Assembly (NCBI GenBank): GCA_000708835.1
Contig: DF237016.1
Span: 181,852-245,851 of the forward strand
Source: Klebsormidium nitens
Taxonomy: Eukaryota > Plantae > Klebsormidiophyceae
Length of the DNA: 64,000 nt
Direction of reading: 5' to 3'
The notes under the pieces were generated by a model. The model was not told the origin of the DNA. It made no database searches and saw only the letters and a list, made by a program, of their open reading frames with translations. Both the position numbers and the translations under genes were made by a program. This document shows positions 1-14,096 of the stretch, piece after piece (the first letter of the stretch is position 1; each line of letters begins with the position of its first letter).

Positions 1-3000
1 TACCCGTTCCGGCACTCCGAGCCGTTGGATAAAGATTGAACGCTGTTTCGAGCGACAGCGCCTCGATTCCTACAGTCAATTTACTGCTCTAATTCCGCTT
101 AAGAACCGGACTTAGTGTTTGATGAAAATTTTGCGAAAGAATGTGCTTAACGTGGTGCACCGGGGTCTGAAGGGATCCCTCACCACGGCTTGAACATCCT
201 CGCGGATGGCCACGGCTTGAGCGCGGCTACCTCCATCACGAGCTGCTTCACCCGCCGCTCCGCCTCCTCGCGCTTGCGCTTCTCTGTCAGGAACGCCCTG
301 CAGAACGAAAGTACCCTGCGTTACCTCTAAGTCTTTGGATCCAAAACAAGATCGGAAGTTAGGGACTAGTGGAACAGCTACGCAGAAGCAGTCTCGAGGC
401 TGACCGAAAGCAAGGCCTCCGGAATCATTTCAATCAAAGCTTCAGTAAGCCAGCGAGTCCGTAAGTCAGTGAGCCAGCGAGAATCGATCCTGGCGATCCG
501 CTGGTGCAAAAGCGACCGATTCTGAGACATTGGACTTTCGCCGTTTCGTGTCACCCACAACTTTTCAAGAAACATACCTAGCCGTCAACTTCTGTGAGAA
601 TTTTTTCGTAACCGGACTTGTGCGCCGCTGCCCGCTGAGAACACGGGACGCTTTACTGGCAAAGTTTTGCCAAGGAGCAGTTCGAACACCTTTGTCTAAC
701 GTTGGTCAGGATTGCCCGCTCGTCGTCTTTCCTCACCGCACCGCCTGCATATCTCACCTCTCTAGTTGCTCGGCCTGCCCGGCAATGTGCCCCAGCTCCC
801 AGTCCCGCAGCTCGTTGATCTCTTTCAGCAGCGTCACCTGTTGCCGCAGCTCCGCGATCAACGCCTCCTGTTGTGCCACGTGTCTTACCAGGGACGGCGC
901 AGACCCTTGCGGCGTACAGGCGCCACGTGTCAAGGCCTGACTTGCCGGGCTGTTCAGAGATTCGGACGACTGGCGGCTTGCGGTCTCGGCGGGGTCGCCG
1001 ATACTTGTGGGCGTCTGCGGCAAATCCCCGACAAACGTGGGCGAGTCGGGCTCAGAGACGGGGAAGAGGGGGGCTTCTTCTTTTCTGCCGGCCAGACGTG
1101 ACTTTCGCCTACGATCACGAAACCCGTCCTTTGCAACCAAACTCGAATGGAAGGGCTGCGTTTGCACGGAACCAGCTGCTGATTTTGCGCTGCTTTGTCG
1201 AATTGAGGGACTGGCGGATTGAACCGGTTGCTGGACCCCAAACCCCGGTTGCACATCCCCTCCAGCCGTGCTTGCCCCTTCTCTGCGTGGGGAATCGCCC
1301 TCCGATTCCCCGACATCTGTCAGGCGGCCTCCGTAGAAAAGTCCCGTAACTGCCGGGCGCTTTGGGGACGCTTTCTCGTCCAAATACTCGTTCGTATCAG
1401 GGAGCGAGAAGAGGTCCAGATCCTGGGAGATCGTCCGAGGAGTGTCCCGAAGGGCCGGCCTGCTGACGTCAGCTCCCAAAGCTTCGTCGGCCGCTTCGGA
1501 TAGGGAGCGGCTGCTGGCTGACGAGGCTGACGAAGCGGGTTCGACGGGCGCCGTTTTGAAAGAATCGGCGCTGGTCGCCCTCCGCAGAGACTCCTCGGCG
1601 TCGAAGTGCCTGAATAACGAGCACGATAACTGGGGTCAATTTTGCTGACATCCACCCTTGAGGTGCTGGTGAAATTGACCGGTTGCAGCTTGGACTTTGT
1701 TGGTCGTTTTTCGCTGACTGCTCACAATGCGTGAGCGATTCAAATCCTGCCACGTGTCGAATCGGCTCCCGTCATCAGGGGGTCAAGAATGTTCCACACC
1801 TGCAACTTTACCCTTTACATCGGAGCTTGAAATTGACAACAGACCTGGTGAGAGCTATGTAAGAAGTACTGTTAACCCTAATCAAAGCGTTCACCCCGTT
1901 TCTCTGGAGCAGAATCGAGCAGAATTGGCAAACGCTCAAGCCGTTTCCTGAAGGAAGGCCTCAGATCCTCAATTTCGAGGAAATTTGTCAAAGGTCCACG
2001 CAACGTCAACGAGTGACTTGTCCGCACCGAGAGACCTCAAGATTGCCGATGCTCCGGTCTGTCAGGAGCTTGACACGCTGCTCCGGTCGGTTTAAGAGCT
2101 TGGCAAGCCGCCTGAAGGTCAACCAACTCACTGAAAAGAGAGTGCTCCAGCGTCAGATGCTGGCACGACCGCCTCCGCCGGAACTATCTCCGACGGAATG
2201 TCCTGGGACTCTCGCCTCTCCTTGCCAGCTGTCGGGCTTTCTTTGTTTCCGAAGCGAGGCCCGCCCAGTTGGATCATCGCCACTTTGGCATGGAATGTCG
2301 AGCGCTGCTTCTCATCAACGAGGATGACATGGCACGAGGCGGCCTGGCAAATCCGGGCTGTCAGACCGGGCTTCTTTCGTGGCCTGTGAAAAAGGAAGAG
2401 AGGCATTTAATAAAACTCTGCGATCTTTACGAGGACCTTCCGAAGTTTGTTCAGGACGCGTCGTATCAACCGCGCTATTTCTATGGAGTGTACAGAGGTT
2501 TGTCAAAGCAAGTGGACGTGCAGCCTAGGCTCGCTTTTTAGGGCTCGTCTTTTTGGACTTAAGCGAAACGCTGATCTACGAAAAGATTCGTTTCACCGTC
2601 ATTCGAGAACAGCGCCTTGACACTCCTTCACTGGCACAGATTGGCACCTGACATAAATTTCTGCTTGGCAAGGGACAAAGACGGTTTTTGGTCGGTCCAA
2701 CAGAGTCTCTCGAGCTGCTGCCGATAAATCCACGAGAACCAAAATAAATTCAAGTCAGAATCCACTGCGGGAACGCACCGCAGGCTGAACTTGGCGGGTT
2801 GGCTGGTGCCCATGACGAGATGCGTGATGCCGTTCTGCTCCACCTTGCGCAGCAGCTCCGCCTCCCGCTGGTCGCACCGGCCAACCTCGACTTTCGCAAA
2901 CACCTGAAAGAGAACCAAAGCGTTCATCGGTACACTCAACGTACTCCCCAACTCAGACAAGAGTAGGCACAGGGCGAGCTCGGTTCAACTACCCCTGGCA

Positions 3001-4402
3001 TCGAAGCTCAGGGATTGGAAACCATCATGAGGGTGAGAGCCTGCGCAGATTGGTTAGAGAGACTGGGACGCTGAAGGGAAGGTCAAGAGAGGACTTGTCC
3101 AGCGCTAACTACAGAACCGAAAAGAAAAAGCAAAGCATTCGGGCAACCAGATTCGAAAGGTGCTACAGTAGGACGTCGATGCTTGTGCAAGATGTGACAA
3201 GTCTCAAGGGACTTCCGGGACAAGGGGCATCGCCTAAGCCTCGATTGTGGCACGGGTAAAAACAAGTTTATGCAAAGGCAGTGTTATGTGAGCTCTTGGG
3301 AATCACGCGTGTCTTATTGGTTGGAGGTCCCCTACTAACTTCTTCTGGAAAAATTAGTTTATTTGGGGGAGATACAAGTTGAAACCATTTCATTTAACCA
3401 AGGCATAAGCAAATCCAGTATCCTATAATACTGACAAGCACGTTACGATACTGTAAGGCTGGAAAAATCCAAAGGCCCCTAGGAGGGGTTTGACGTACTT
3501 TTTGTAACGGAGTACGTATCCTAATCTACAGAGTGCCGCTTGCAATTAGACATGGACTATGTTTCAAAGCCCTTGCGTATTTCCTGCTGCAAATAAAGCA
3601 GGTTTTGATCGAACAGCTCTTGCCCCGACTAGGAGACCCAGGGTATCTAGCACGAGACCAAACCCCACTTTGCTTTAAGGCCCACCTTTTTGCTTATACA
3701 AAAACGCTGGCAGCTGCGCAGCAGAGACGTCGCATTATGGACTGCCACCGCGTTGTGTGCTCTCTGCATCTCTGGCGCCACCTTCAGATAGGGAACCATG
3801 CCCGCTGCACAAAGTTGAATAACCAAGAGCTTTTAGAGACGCCCGTGTCTGCTTTTCAAGAAGTCGGTGCGGATGGGCTCCAACTCCAGTGACGATGTAT
3901 TTTCTCGACACGAGTAATGATTGAATATCAACTTGATCAAGTGGTAGACCAGACAGTCAGCATTTGGAACAGATCTGCGGCAGCCAGTTTTCAAGTGCCT
4001 ATCGTGGTTGATAGCCTTTCATGATTCTTCCATGGGTGGTGTGCAAGATTCTGACAACATACCATGTAGGGAGTATGTCCAACCTAGCTGTTCGCAGCAG
4101 CTAGCATGACTGCCACTCATCATGCTTTTGACCACAGCATTGACTTGACAGCTGTTTCAACAAGTTGGATACAACTAAGAAACGCCTTCGATGGATCCCT
4201 TACTTGTTACTGGGATCAGCTTTGGGGTCTTGACCAAGTGGTAGAGCAGCACTTGGTCCCCTTCGCGGATGAGGTTCTCAGTGGCCCATTCTAGAGCCGC
4301 TCTGCTCTCAGGCGAATCGTTAACAGCAATCAACACTCTGTACCTGTACAACGGCGACTGCGGCTGTCTTTCCGTCCCATGCCCTGTCCCGCTCTCCCCC
4401 AT
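1..4402 (-). CDS. Multi-exon protein with N-terminal universal-stress-protein (USP/STK_N-like) domain, low-complexity linker and coiled coil; continues past the left edge
   Basis: Phase-consistent GT-AG exons 4402-4204, 3804-3686, 2903-2779, 2383-2132, 1609-758, 297-184, 69-<1. Translation includes YRVLIAVNDSPESRAALEWATENLIREGDQVLLYHLV, KLIPVTTGMVPY, KVEQNGITHLVMG and ARICQAASCHVILV (USP-fold motifs), followed by heptad-rich QQEALIAELRQQVTLLKE...EKRKREEAERRVKQL. Confidence 0.8.
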
Positions 4403-6027
4403 TGTTCAAAAGTTTGAAACAGGCTGTGGCTACTTTGTTCAACACTGCAGCTTCCTCGTAGTACCAGAAATGTGGGTTTGTTCCAGCAAGGTTGGTGTTG
4501 ACTACAGCTGGTCAGATGCCGCCTGCTTTCAAACTGCCTTGCCCTTGTGCATGTGTTGCGTGATCTGACATGCCACCAGTCTTCTCTTCTGAGATCACCA
4601 CTGCTACGACGAAGCAGATATTTACATGGCCTCTATTTTCTGGCCACTAGGGTACTGCAGAAGCTCTTCTTCTACATTCAATGGCTTTCTTCAACAGCAT
4701 CCCGACGTAGACAGCTGGCGCTTCAAGAGGACCGAAATGGATCTCTCCTCATCCCAACTCATGCGCCGAGCTGGAGCTGCCCTCTACTGCACTCCGCAGG
4801 ATGCGATGGTGGTGTCGACGTGACAGCGCCCCTCGATGGCGTTCGCAACTAATGCGCAAGCAACGCGTGCAAACGAAAGGCGCCGGCGACTTGCAGAGAA
4901 CTTCTCCAGAAGCACCCACCCTGTCTTCCGCTGCTACATTGGATTCTAATGCAATGTGGCAATGAATGGAGCTCAACTTCTGCCACTGGCTCAATTCTAG
5001 AGATCCTGCAGCATTCCTGATCTATCACCACCTGCAAAGCTGCTGGTCAGGGGATATCATACGGGCTCCGACTGCAATGACATTGACAGCCGCCATACCG
5101 CCCAAATCATGCAGAGATTACCTACCTACGAGGATCAGAAACGAGGCCGATGACTGCGGATCCCATCCGACCGCTCATTTGATGATTGAGTGCATGTCGG
5201 CTGCTTTTCACCTAGCAAGAAGCAGCCGAATGACACATGCTTTTGCCAGACGTCGGCGCTACCGGTAGACTTGGCTGCAGCCTCATCACTGCTAGATAAC
5301 GCCAGCCTTTGCTTATGATATCCCTAGATTTGCGGGCTAGTACGTCACAAGAAGCAGGCGAAAGCACGCCAGGTGTCGTTACTGCATTCAACGAAGAGAT
5401 TTTCGACTTTGGGCCGAGCTTCCTGTTCCTCTTGAAGCATCTGCACCGTTCACAGAAATGCATCGACGGGACAGAATCCATGATCATGCTTTGCGCGCGT
5501 GCAACCACCGTAAGAATCGCCGGAGTGACGAGTCTGCCTGGCATGGCCCATGAACCTGGAGTCTGGCATGACGAGTGCGTGTCTCCGTGCATGGCGTACC
5601 TAATAGGTACCTACCTACCTACCTTCTGAACTCATCAAAGCACATTGAAGTCGGATGCCAGCCGGCCCCAGCTAGGTGTAGGTACGCCGGTACGGTAATC
5701 TAATATGAAATCATGCATGACACATCGGATTTCTTGCTCCTCTTGTATGTTGTCACGTAGACATGTACCTAGGTATGCTTGAAGCGTAGACATGCTGTAC
5801 ACAGGTCTACGGTGTACTGGCGTGTAGCCGCACCAGGTGAAACAGAGTACATCAGTACCTTGGTTGTTAAGAATGCAATATTGAGGGAACTTTGCAACTT
5901 GAAGTTCAGTAGTATTCAGGGCCCTGCAAATGCTGCGTTAGCATTGTCAAAAAGGACGCTTGAAGATCAGTGTGGCATATAATCCACATAGGTACCTAGG
6001 TAGATTGCTGATTTATTAATGACTCCA

Positions 6028-6360
6028 TCAGTTTGTCATTTGACTGACTTGAATGCGACATGTGACAGCAGTATCGTATGTCAGCACACTCGTCTGCCAT
6101 GAGTATCGAGAAGCCGCTTGGCACGGAACACTGAGGTATTCAAAGAAAACACCAAGCTTCCAGTCTCGTACTGAATGGTCGCACTCGAAGACGATCACCT
6201 CATCCTGGGAACGTAATCTTGCCTGAGTGGCCGCTGTCAGTAGCTGGATATCCGCCTTGTCTAGCGTGGTTTCAAAGGAAAAGCGAAGAAGCGAGGTCCT
6301 GTGGGGGTCCTGTTTGAGCACATGGTGTTCGAACAGGGACTCGAGTCTTAGTAGTACAGG
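6028..6360 (-). CDS. Possible terminal coding exon of an unknown gene
   Basis: Open frame of about 110 codons with globular-looking composition (DEVIVFECDHSVRDWKLGVFFEYLSVPC) ending at a stop at 6028. No upstream exons or family could be assigned. Confidence 0.25.
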   Translation of the reverse strand, partial: PVLLRLESLFEHHVLKQDPHRTSLLRFSFETTLDKADIQLLTAATQARLRSQDEVIVFECDHSVRDWKLGVFFEYLSVPCQAASRYSWQTSVLTYDTAVTCRIQVSQMTN

Positions 6361-6450
6361 CTAGCTGCTCTCTTGAGACATTTGCTCATGAATTAAAAGC
6401 TGCAACTTTAAAGCCCGATAGACTCTGGACCATCCGGTGGGAATTGACCA

Positions 6451-7419
6451 GTGATGGCCGATTGTCGCCCACATAAGCAGTCGTTTCGGGCTGGCAGTCA
6501 CACATCAACTTGCTTCGGCCAATTGGATTCAAAAACGGAGATGCCGCATGCGGCCGCCCTCCGGACAATGCTGCGGGAGTGGCGGCACGCCCCGTGCTTC
6601 ACGAATGCCAACACCCGTGATGCTGACGGACAAAAGTTTGATGTTGACAGTCGTCTAAACGGGGGGGCAGAAGAACAGGAGGCAATCGCTGATTGGTCGG
6701 CAGAAACAGGGAACCAAAAATGGGCTGCGCTGGTTTTGACTTTGCATAGAGACGGCCGATACGACCTGAAACGGGTCCAGTCTCAGAAGAGGGCAGCAAG
6801 GAAGCCGCACTGGGATTCGAGCACGGCACGAAAGGCTACAACTACTGTGCAGAATAGGCCGGAGTTGAATACACTGGCCAGGGCTTACGGCCAAACGCTG
6901 TTGGGTCGGAGTCAGCTTGGCACTGCCGCCAATTACCATGGGAGACAGCTCTTGAAAAGCAGAGGAGCAGAATGGAGCACCCAAACGGCGAGGAGTCGGG
7001 GTTTGGCTGAAAACGGCTTCGATTTAGGAGGAGTAAACAAAGGCACGTGTTGGAGCATGGCGTCAGCAGCAACCTCTTCACGACCCTCGGCGCCTGGCTT
7101 TGGTTCCGTAGTTTCCAGCGGCAGTGAAAGTAGAGAGGGAAGGAAAGGCCGGCAGAGGTGGCAGACTCCATTGAAAACCGGGTTTTTTCAAAAAACTTCT
7201 GCATACTGCTCTTGTGAGGAGGAGGATACGAGGTTACAAACCGTAGGGAGCTCTGACCAGTCCGGGAGATCGTCAGTCGAAATCGAACCCTGTGCTGACG
7301 TCAGCACAGGCCAGGTCCGCATAGAAGAACTAGAGGCGTCCACTAGCAAAATGCAAGAAGTCGACGGACTTGGGTTTGAGTCTGATGAGGTGAGTTGTCC
7401 AGTTCCGGTTCGGACTTAA
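6451..7419 (+). CDS. Long ORF (322 aa), hypothetical
   Basis: Length only; no recognisable motif or splice context. Confidence 0.25.
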   Translation: MMADCRPHKQSFRAGSHTSTCFGQLDSKTEMPHAAALRTMLREWRHAPCFTNANTRDADGQKFDVDSRLNGGAEEQEAIADWSAETGNQKWAALVLTLHRDGRYDLKRVQSQKRAARKPHWDSSTARKATTTVQNRPELNTLARAYGQTLLGRSQLGTAANYHGRQLLKSRGAEWSTQTARSRGLAENGFDLGGVNKGTCWSMASAATSSRPSAPGFGSVVSSGSESREGRKGRQRWQTPLKTGFFQKTSAYCSCEEEDTRLQTVGSSDQSGRSSVEIEPCADVSTGQVRIEELEASTSKMQEVDGLGFESDEVSCPVPVRT

Positions 7420-9662
7420 AAGAGCCGATGCTGTATGTTCACGGTAATGGGCAACGGGACGACTCTACTGCCGAGATCTAAGCAGATGAGGAAGCCCCTT
7501 GACAGTTCGTGGACGATATTTGGAGGTTCGAACGCTGGAGATGAGTGTGCCCTCGAGACTTCAGCCAGAATTCGAAGAGTAAATGTCAAAACAGTGTGTC
7601 CGATTCTGGCTCCCGAGGGGCCTTTCTCACGAACCTACGGTTTCAGGATGGTTTGCGAAGCAGGCTTTACAGATCCGGCATCGGATGCTTGCGACGACTT
7701 CGCAGAGTGCATACGTTGGTCCATCTGTTGCTGCAAGGTGTATGATTTCCACAGCCAAAGTCTGACGAAAGCACCTTCGTTTTGCAGGCGCGAGTTGCGG
7801 CAGGCAGTGGGCAGCTCCTTGGGCTTGTCTATCTGAAACGGAGCTTTCTTGACGGGATGGCAGCAACAGAAGCGGAGTACGACGTCTGGGTAAGCGGAAT
7901 CGGACATGTACAGTTTTTTTTGTTTCATTGAAATGCAGAGGACGTTGGCCAGTCCTCTGATTCTATGCTCGCTGATGTCCATATCGTGCGAAAAGGTTGT
8001 GCTTTGATTTGACAAGTCCAACGGAAGAGTCTCAGGTCCAAATCTGTTGTTAAAATTTTTTAGCTGACTTCGACCATGCCAGGAGAGCGTCGCACATTAA
8101 GTCAAGATTGTGAATGAAATCGTTCGAAGAGCGTGTACGGACGTCTTTGACTTCATGGTTACGTTTTTCGATTTCGATGTGTGGCCCACCAGGAACAATT
8201 GCCGTTCACTTCGTCCGACAAAAAAAGCCTGAATTTCCGGTTGCGCTCAACTGCATTGCAAGGTTCACAGCTTTGTGGGGATTTTTGGCTCAGTCTGAAC
8301 GGTCGGATTGGTATTGCCCTTTGCGGCCGTCGTTGATACTGGATTTTCCTTCCCGCAGATCTCGAACTTTCGAGCGCAGCTGCGGGGCATGCAGAGCCGA
8401 CTGCAGAAGCACTGGGCCGTACATGACCCGAAATAACGAAAGCAGCCGGGAGTAGCCATTGCTGTGAAAAGCCCTAAAGCGTCTTTGAAAGCGGCATACA
8501 TGATCCGATCACGGTCCTTTGCCCAAGGAAGTCCGGTTGTATGGAGTCGATGGGCGCAGGTTGCTTGAGGGGAGCCTGTTTTTCATACTCAGATGTTGTG
8601 TAGATTAGCTTGGTAGAGATTCCAGTCTTTACGGGCAAAAAAGGGGCCGCCGTCCGCTAATACTGGGCTAGCACCTACGGTCAAAATTCGCATGCTTAAT
8701 GATTCATGGTGGCCGGATCATAATGCGCGGGAAATCGATGATAACAAGCATCAGGCGAGACTGCAAGCCTCTTGAAGGAGTCTGCCAGCAGTATGGTCCT
8801 GCATGCAGCGACGGTGATGCGAGTGTGGAGAGACGCAAAGAGTCCGATCGATCGGATGGCTTGGCCTACCTTGAATCTAGGTAGCTTGCGGCTTTCAGCA
8901 GATCGATCAATATAGATTACGTCGGCAATGGCCCGGCGAGAACGTAGGTTGGCAGCTGATGTCACTTAAACTCACTGGCTTATTGCAAGCGTTTACGCAC
9001 GCATCCGGCCGGGGTTGCTGGAACGGGCCGGAGTTCCAAGCTAGGTAAAAGGCCGCCGCGGAGTCATAAGCACAGCATGATGATGCACAAGGAACTTATA
9101 TATCAATGTGCTGGCATGTGTCATCATTCTTCATGCATGGGACTATAATGCTGCAACCGCGACCATATGGTGCAGGCTGTGTCCAACGTGAGCCGGACAC
9201 CTTCCCGTGCGACCCTATCGTGTCAATCTTGATCAACTTTACTGACAATCTTATGAATTGTAACGGCCGCCGGCTGTAGCAAGTGCGCAGCCAGACTGAT
9301 CAGAGTCCTTAATTGTCGTGAGTTTTGTGAATTTTTGAGTGATTAAAGACTTGTTTGTTGCATGTACTAATAAGAGCATGTGACTCGGAATCTTCTAAAA
9401 AAAGCTCTTGTCTCGTACAGCGTGCCAGAAGCTCGCAACGAAGGACTTGAACTAAAACTATCCGCAATGCACTTTTCTGCACCAAATACTTGAGGATTCA
9501 TAAGGAGTGTACGTTGCACTTGTTTCTCACTTATCGGCATACTCTTACGATCCGACTGAAGGAGCTTGAATCTTGCATTTTCTCGTTTATCCTTCTAGCT
9601 TCTCTTCTCTACGAATTCTAGGACGCGAGCAATGACGGCTTCAGCGAGGCGCTGAAGGCCTG

Positions 9663-12600
9663 CTATCTAGGCAACAACATTGACGCAGAGTCTTTTCTGT
9701 GTATCAAAGGCACCTGCAGGAGGAAGGCACGTCTTCAGATGTCCCCAAAAGTCGTTAAAGTGCAAGCCTTTCTTAGATTGCCGCAAAAGTGCGTCACAAA
9801 TATCTGTCCGGGCACAGACCTCCTGGTCAGTCCAACGTTAAGGCCACCGGGAATGGTCCTCTCAGACTTCAGAGTTTACCTCCGCTTGCAACGTTAACGG
9901 CAACACTTAGCGTAGCCACGAAGCCAGCAACTATGCAGGAGCACTGATACCATCCGTTGATTCACGGAAAGGCGGCGCGTCCTCACCTGCTCTTCAGCGC
10001 CCGCTGACATGTTCATAAGAGCTACGTCCTTGTCCGCGGATCTGTATAGAAAGCAATTGCACCGGTCAGATTGTGGATTGAGGATTTTTGCACTATATGC
10101 ACAGACATACAGCTCTTTGTAGTGCCATCTTTACCCGACTCCTTGCACCGACTTCCTCGGCAAATCTCTCAAAAGCGGAACTGGAATTCTTATTCGCGGA
10201 ACGACCCTCCTATGCAACAGTCAAGAGAACATATGAATGATCTGACGGGGTCCCAATGAAAGCCCATCATCAATCAACGCTACGCCCCAAAATCTGGCTT
10301 GTGAAGATGAAGGCCACGTCTGTAATGCTCGCGCCCCATCTCGACAACTGAGGCCGAAAGGAACCGCCTAACTTTCGACTCTAGCCTGTCCGCCTCAAGC
10401 CACGGATGCGTCAAAGCAACTCCCCAGAAGAAATGTCTGAAGGCAGCAGCTGGCAGTGGATCTTACCCGTTCATCGCAACGCTCGAGAAACGGAGCCCGT
10501 CCGCCGCATGCGGCTCTGGCGCCACCTTAGCCTTGCTAGGGGGGATCGTGGAGAAGAACTGCACCGGTCCGACCGCAGTCAGTCCCGTCGAACTTTCTAC
10601 GTTAGGGCAATCGTCGTTGTTCTTGTCTTCTGATATTTCAAAGATCATGCAGTCACGTTCTGGTGGTGTACTCCTCACAGAATCTCATCAGCTGCGACTG
10701 CAAACTTCACAAGCCCGTCGCTTGCGTGTACCGTATGTGCAATAAGAAACAGCCATTCGTACGTGAAAGCGGGAGGATGCATACAACTTTCTCAAGAGCT
10801 GGGAGACCGGCTCAGGTGCCAGCTTGGACGACACGTGGCACTAGCTGAAGAGTATTCTTGTTTACCTGGTGCATTGAGATGAAGACGATCGATATTCCAA
10901 GGACGAAGTTGATGGTGAGCGTGTGACCGAAGAGAGCGGCTGATGCCAGTCCCGTCACGATGGTGGCGATTGTGGATGAGTACTTTTTCAGGATGGTGTC
11001 TGCGACGGAAAAAGTATTGTAGCAGTCAGAAAGGGGGAAGGCAGTGAAAGAAGTCCACGTAGCTCATTGTGAGGGAACTCTTGGAGGAGAGTCAATGGCA
11101 GGGCCAGTCTTTGGGGCTATTCTCCGCTTGCGCTCGAAGCAGGCCCGTTTACGGTGGTCAAGGTAACAAACCGTGCCACACTTATTGAGCCAAAAGTGCT
11201 ACGCTTTTGCAAGCACGAAAAGATGCAAGCAAGGGCGCTCCAGTCCTGATATGGATGGTCGGTGTCCAGACGAACGGAAGGCAAGGCACCGCGGTGAAGG
11301 CTGGTCTCGAACTGAGGGAAATTCCGCCACAGGATAACAAGGTCACCATTCTGGGACGGATTGATCAGGCGGTGGCTTCAGGGTAGCTTCAGGTGCGGAG
11401 CGGATGCAATGTGAGTATAGAATTCTGTTTCAACTTCAGATGGTAGAGCTAAGTATCTCAAAACCGCGAAAGAGGTATGGAACAGGGCGGGCCCTCACCG
11501 GCGTATTTGAAGAAGAAGGACCCGAGGATGCCCTGCATGGCGTTGTTGGCGACCAGCAGCATGGTCATGGCGCTGTGGCCCGCAAACACGCTCCGCCCGT
11601 CGCGCGGCTTGGCTAGCACGAACGCAACGAGACCCAGCAGGTTAAAGGCCAGGCCGTAACTGTACAGGAACAGATTCTGCACGAAGACAGTCAAGCAAGG
11701 GTTGTCGCGTGCTCAAGGGTAGACGAACGCAGGGGGCCAGTACATAGCCGAAGGGCCAAAGTTGTTGCCAGTGCGGCGCAATACATCATCGTTCTTATGT
11801 TGCTTTGAAACTCAAGGGCGAAGCAGTGTCCATCACGTCAGGGACACGAGGGCACGCCAAAACGCGGGAACGCCACCTGTCAGTTGTACGGACTCGTTCG
11901 ACGTAGCTAAGACTGGAGGCAAGACGGGAACCAACGTTTCAACCGCAACAGCTAGAAGTCAAGGAACTCTTACCTGTAGATGAACGCTGGTTTCGAAGTT
12001 CTTTTTCAAGGTATACTCGTTATATACACTGGCCGTGGAAGGGATTGTCAACTGCAAAAAAAAGCCGTCGATATCTTCACGGAGTCAAAGCCTTCAGAGT
12101 CTTGCAGCAGCTTTCGCATTTGCCTGCGACATTGCAGTTGAGAATGAACCCCAGCTTCTAGCCGCTGGGTTTTGAACCGAATTCTATTAAACGGACATTA
12201 AAAGTGTGCACGGGCAGCCGGAACGGCCTCCAAGAAGGTTCGACTCACCGTTAGTAGCGTGCACAGGTACCCCGCAAGCGGCAGTGCTTGCACTGGACCG
12301 TCGGAGTTGGACTGCGTTGGTATCTGGTTAACGCTTATTCCTATCAGTAGTAGGCAAAGCGCCTCCCATTGCAACGTGGAGAAGCGCCGCCGCATGACTA
12401 GCTTGAGGAGGAGGGCTATGACCAATATCTGCATCAAAATCATGCCGCCTGTCTGAGGGTGGTCCTTGACTGAACAACTGAAACAACGAATAGATGCTTC
12501 TCCGGGCTTTATGGCAGTACCTACAAGCCTGTCCCTTCTTTGTCGGATCAACTGGACATGCTGAAACAGGCGAAAATCTCAACGCTCATCACTATTTCCA

Positions 12601-14096
12601 TGGAGCTTTCTTGACATGATGCATGACAGCTCTCTTAGAGGAGTGCGGAATTCAGATCACGAAACAAGAGCGTGATAATAAACCTCTCACCTTCAAGTTG
12701 CCCAACATCTTGACAGTTGCTGGCTTGAAATAAAGCTGCAGTACAGTAGATCACAGTGAGTGAGATCTGCACATCAGTGCTCAATTCGGTTCCACCCTAT
12801 GCAGGATTTCATGTGAGAGAAGGCTCGGCACTGAGTTGCACAAGTTTACAGACTCCTAAACCTTGTGAACAAACACAATGGATTCCAACAACCTTTTAAT
12901 AAGCATCTTGCCTTGCTTGTAGAATCTCAGCTTCGATTACCAAAGCTCCAAGAAGCCCTCCCAGATAAGAGCAGCCAAACAGATTTCGGTCCCCTCAATT
13001 GCTTGCTTCTTCCCAGTATCCCAACCGGCTTTCCAAAAAATTAACCCATGGTCGGTTGATTGACAAGAACCCCCCGTCAGGCAGAATGGCAGTCGCAGAA
13101 GGAAGTTGGAGATAGTAAGAGCCACAAGTGCTGACGCCGAGGTAATATGTTTCCTTACTTGCATGACAAACTTCAAGTAATTATTTACAGCGAAGAGACC
13201 CGCGGGAACAGCCAAAAGGTAGTTGGCTCGAGCAGCTTGTACGACCACTTGTTTTGAAAGCAGTGACCTCTCCCCCCTTGTCTGCCTCCTCGCCTGTGGG
13301 AGCAATATGTCAGAAAGTTGGACAAGCAACATTTGAAAGTCTGAACTCAGATAGGAGGAAAGGCCAAACATTCTGCGAAGCGACATGCTGACACGCACAA
13401 GCAGAAGTTTTGTCTGAGATATCAGCTCTTCAGAAGTATCACCAGGTAAAGGAACACTGATCAAATCACCTGAGTGAGTAGCATCCCCACAGCAAACGTT
13501 GTCTTGGTCACCTCTGTCAGAAAGTTGACAGAAACTGGGTTGAACGGGAACGTCCCGTCTGCATCTTTGCACATGTACACCAGGATGGGCTGCAAAAGTG
13601 TCCCCACCTTCAACAGTTTACAAAGTATGGAGAAAGCTGAAACTGTCAAATGAAATGGAGTCTGAAAAAGGGGCCATGTGCATCACCCTTCAGATCCTGC
13701 TCAAGGAACAGCGGTTCAATTGACCGGGAGCAATGCTGTGGGACTGAGTGGCTTTCTATTCTGCAGCAGTCAACAGATCACATAAAGCCAGGAGGAGCAG
13801 CATCAGGATTAAAATTTCCTGGTTCCTTCTCAAGGGTGAATGTAAGCACACCACCCCACAGCACTTATTGGTCAAACCACTCACTCAATCAACGTCAAGA
13901 TACACAGTTGGTTCTGCAAACTCACCTGCATTCCAATGAAAATGCAGTCCAAGAAGACTAGAAGAAACCTGAAGAGGCGCATCTGCCGGGTGCTTGGACT
14001 TGCATAAGCAGGCGCAGCTTTCGTAAGACCGCTCTCCATGTTGGTCGGTCCACCACAAGCGGAGCACTTGCCTGGGCGCTCATCTTTGAGCTTCAT
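9663..14096 (-). CDS. Nucleotide-sugar transporter, CMP-sialic acid transporter-like (SLC35A, plant CSTLP/UTR6 clade), 11 exons
   Basis: Exons 14096-13926, 13589-13470, 13293-13159, 12735-12691, 12428-12249, 12051-11974, 11676-11499, 10999-10866, 10558-10467, 10041-9987, 9713-9663, all GT-AG and phase-consistent. Family motifs: [105 protein letters not shown] and C-terminal LLPR*. Confidence 0.95.

Noticed and set aside
4500-5630. Short ORFs including a CYDEAD-like string suggesting a helicase
   Set aside because: No other helicase motifs, no consistent frame or splice sites.
7635-8021. Minus-strand ORF with YPDVVLRF resembling a BTB start
   Set aside because: Similarity is limited to a few residues, and no following BTB motifs could be joined.
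8114-9000. Several 60-110 aa ORFs on both strands
   Set aside because: No recognisable motifs or coherent exon chain.
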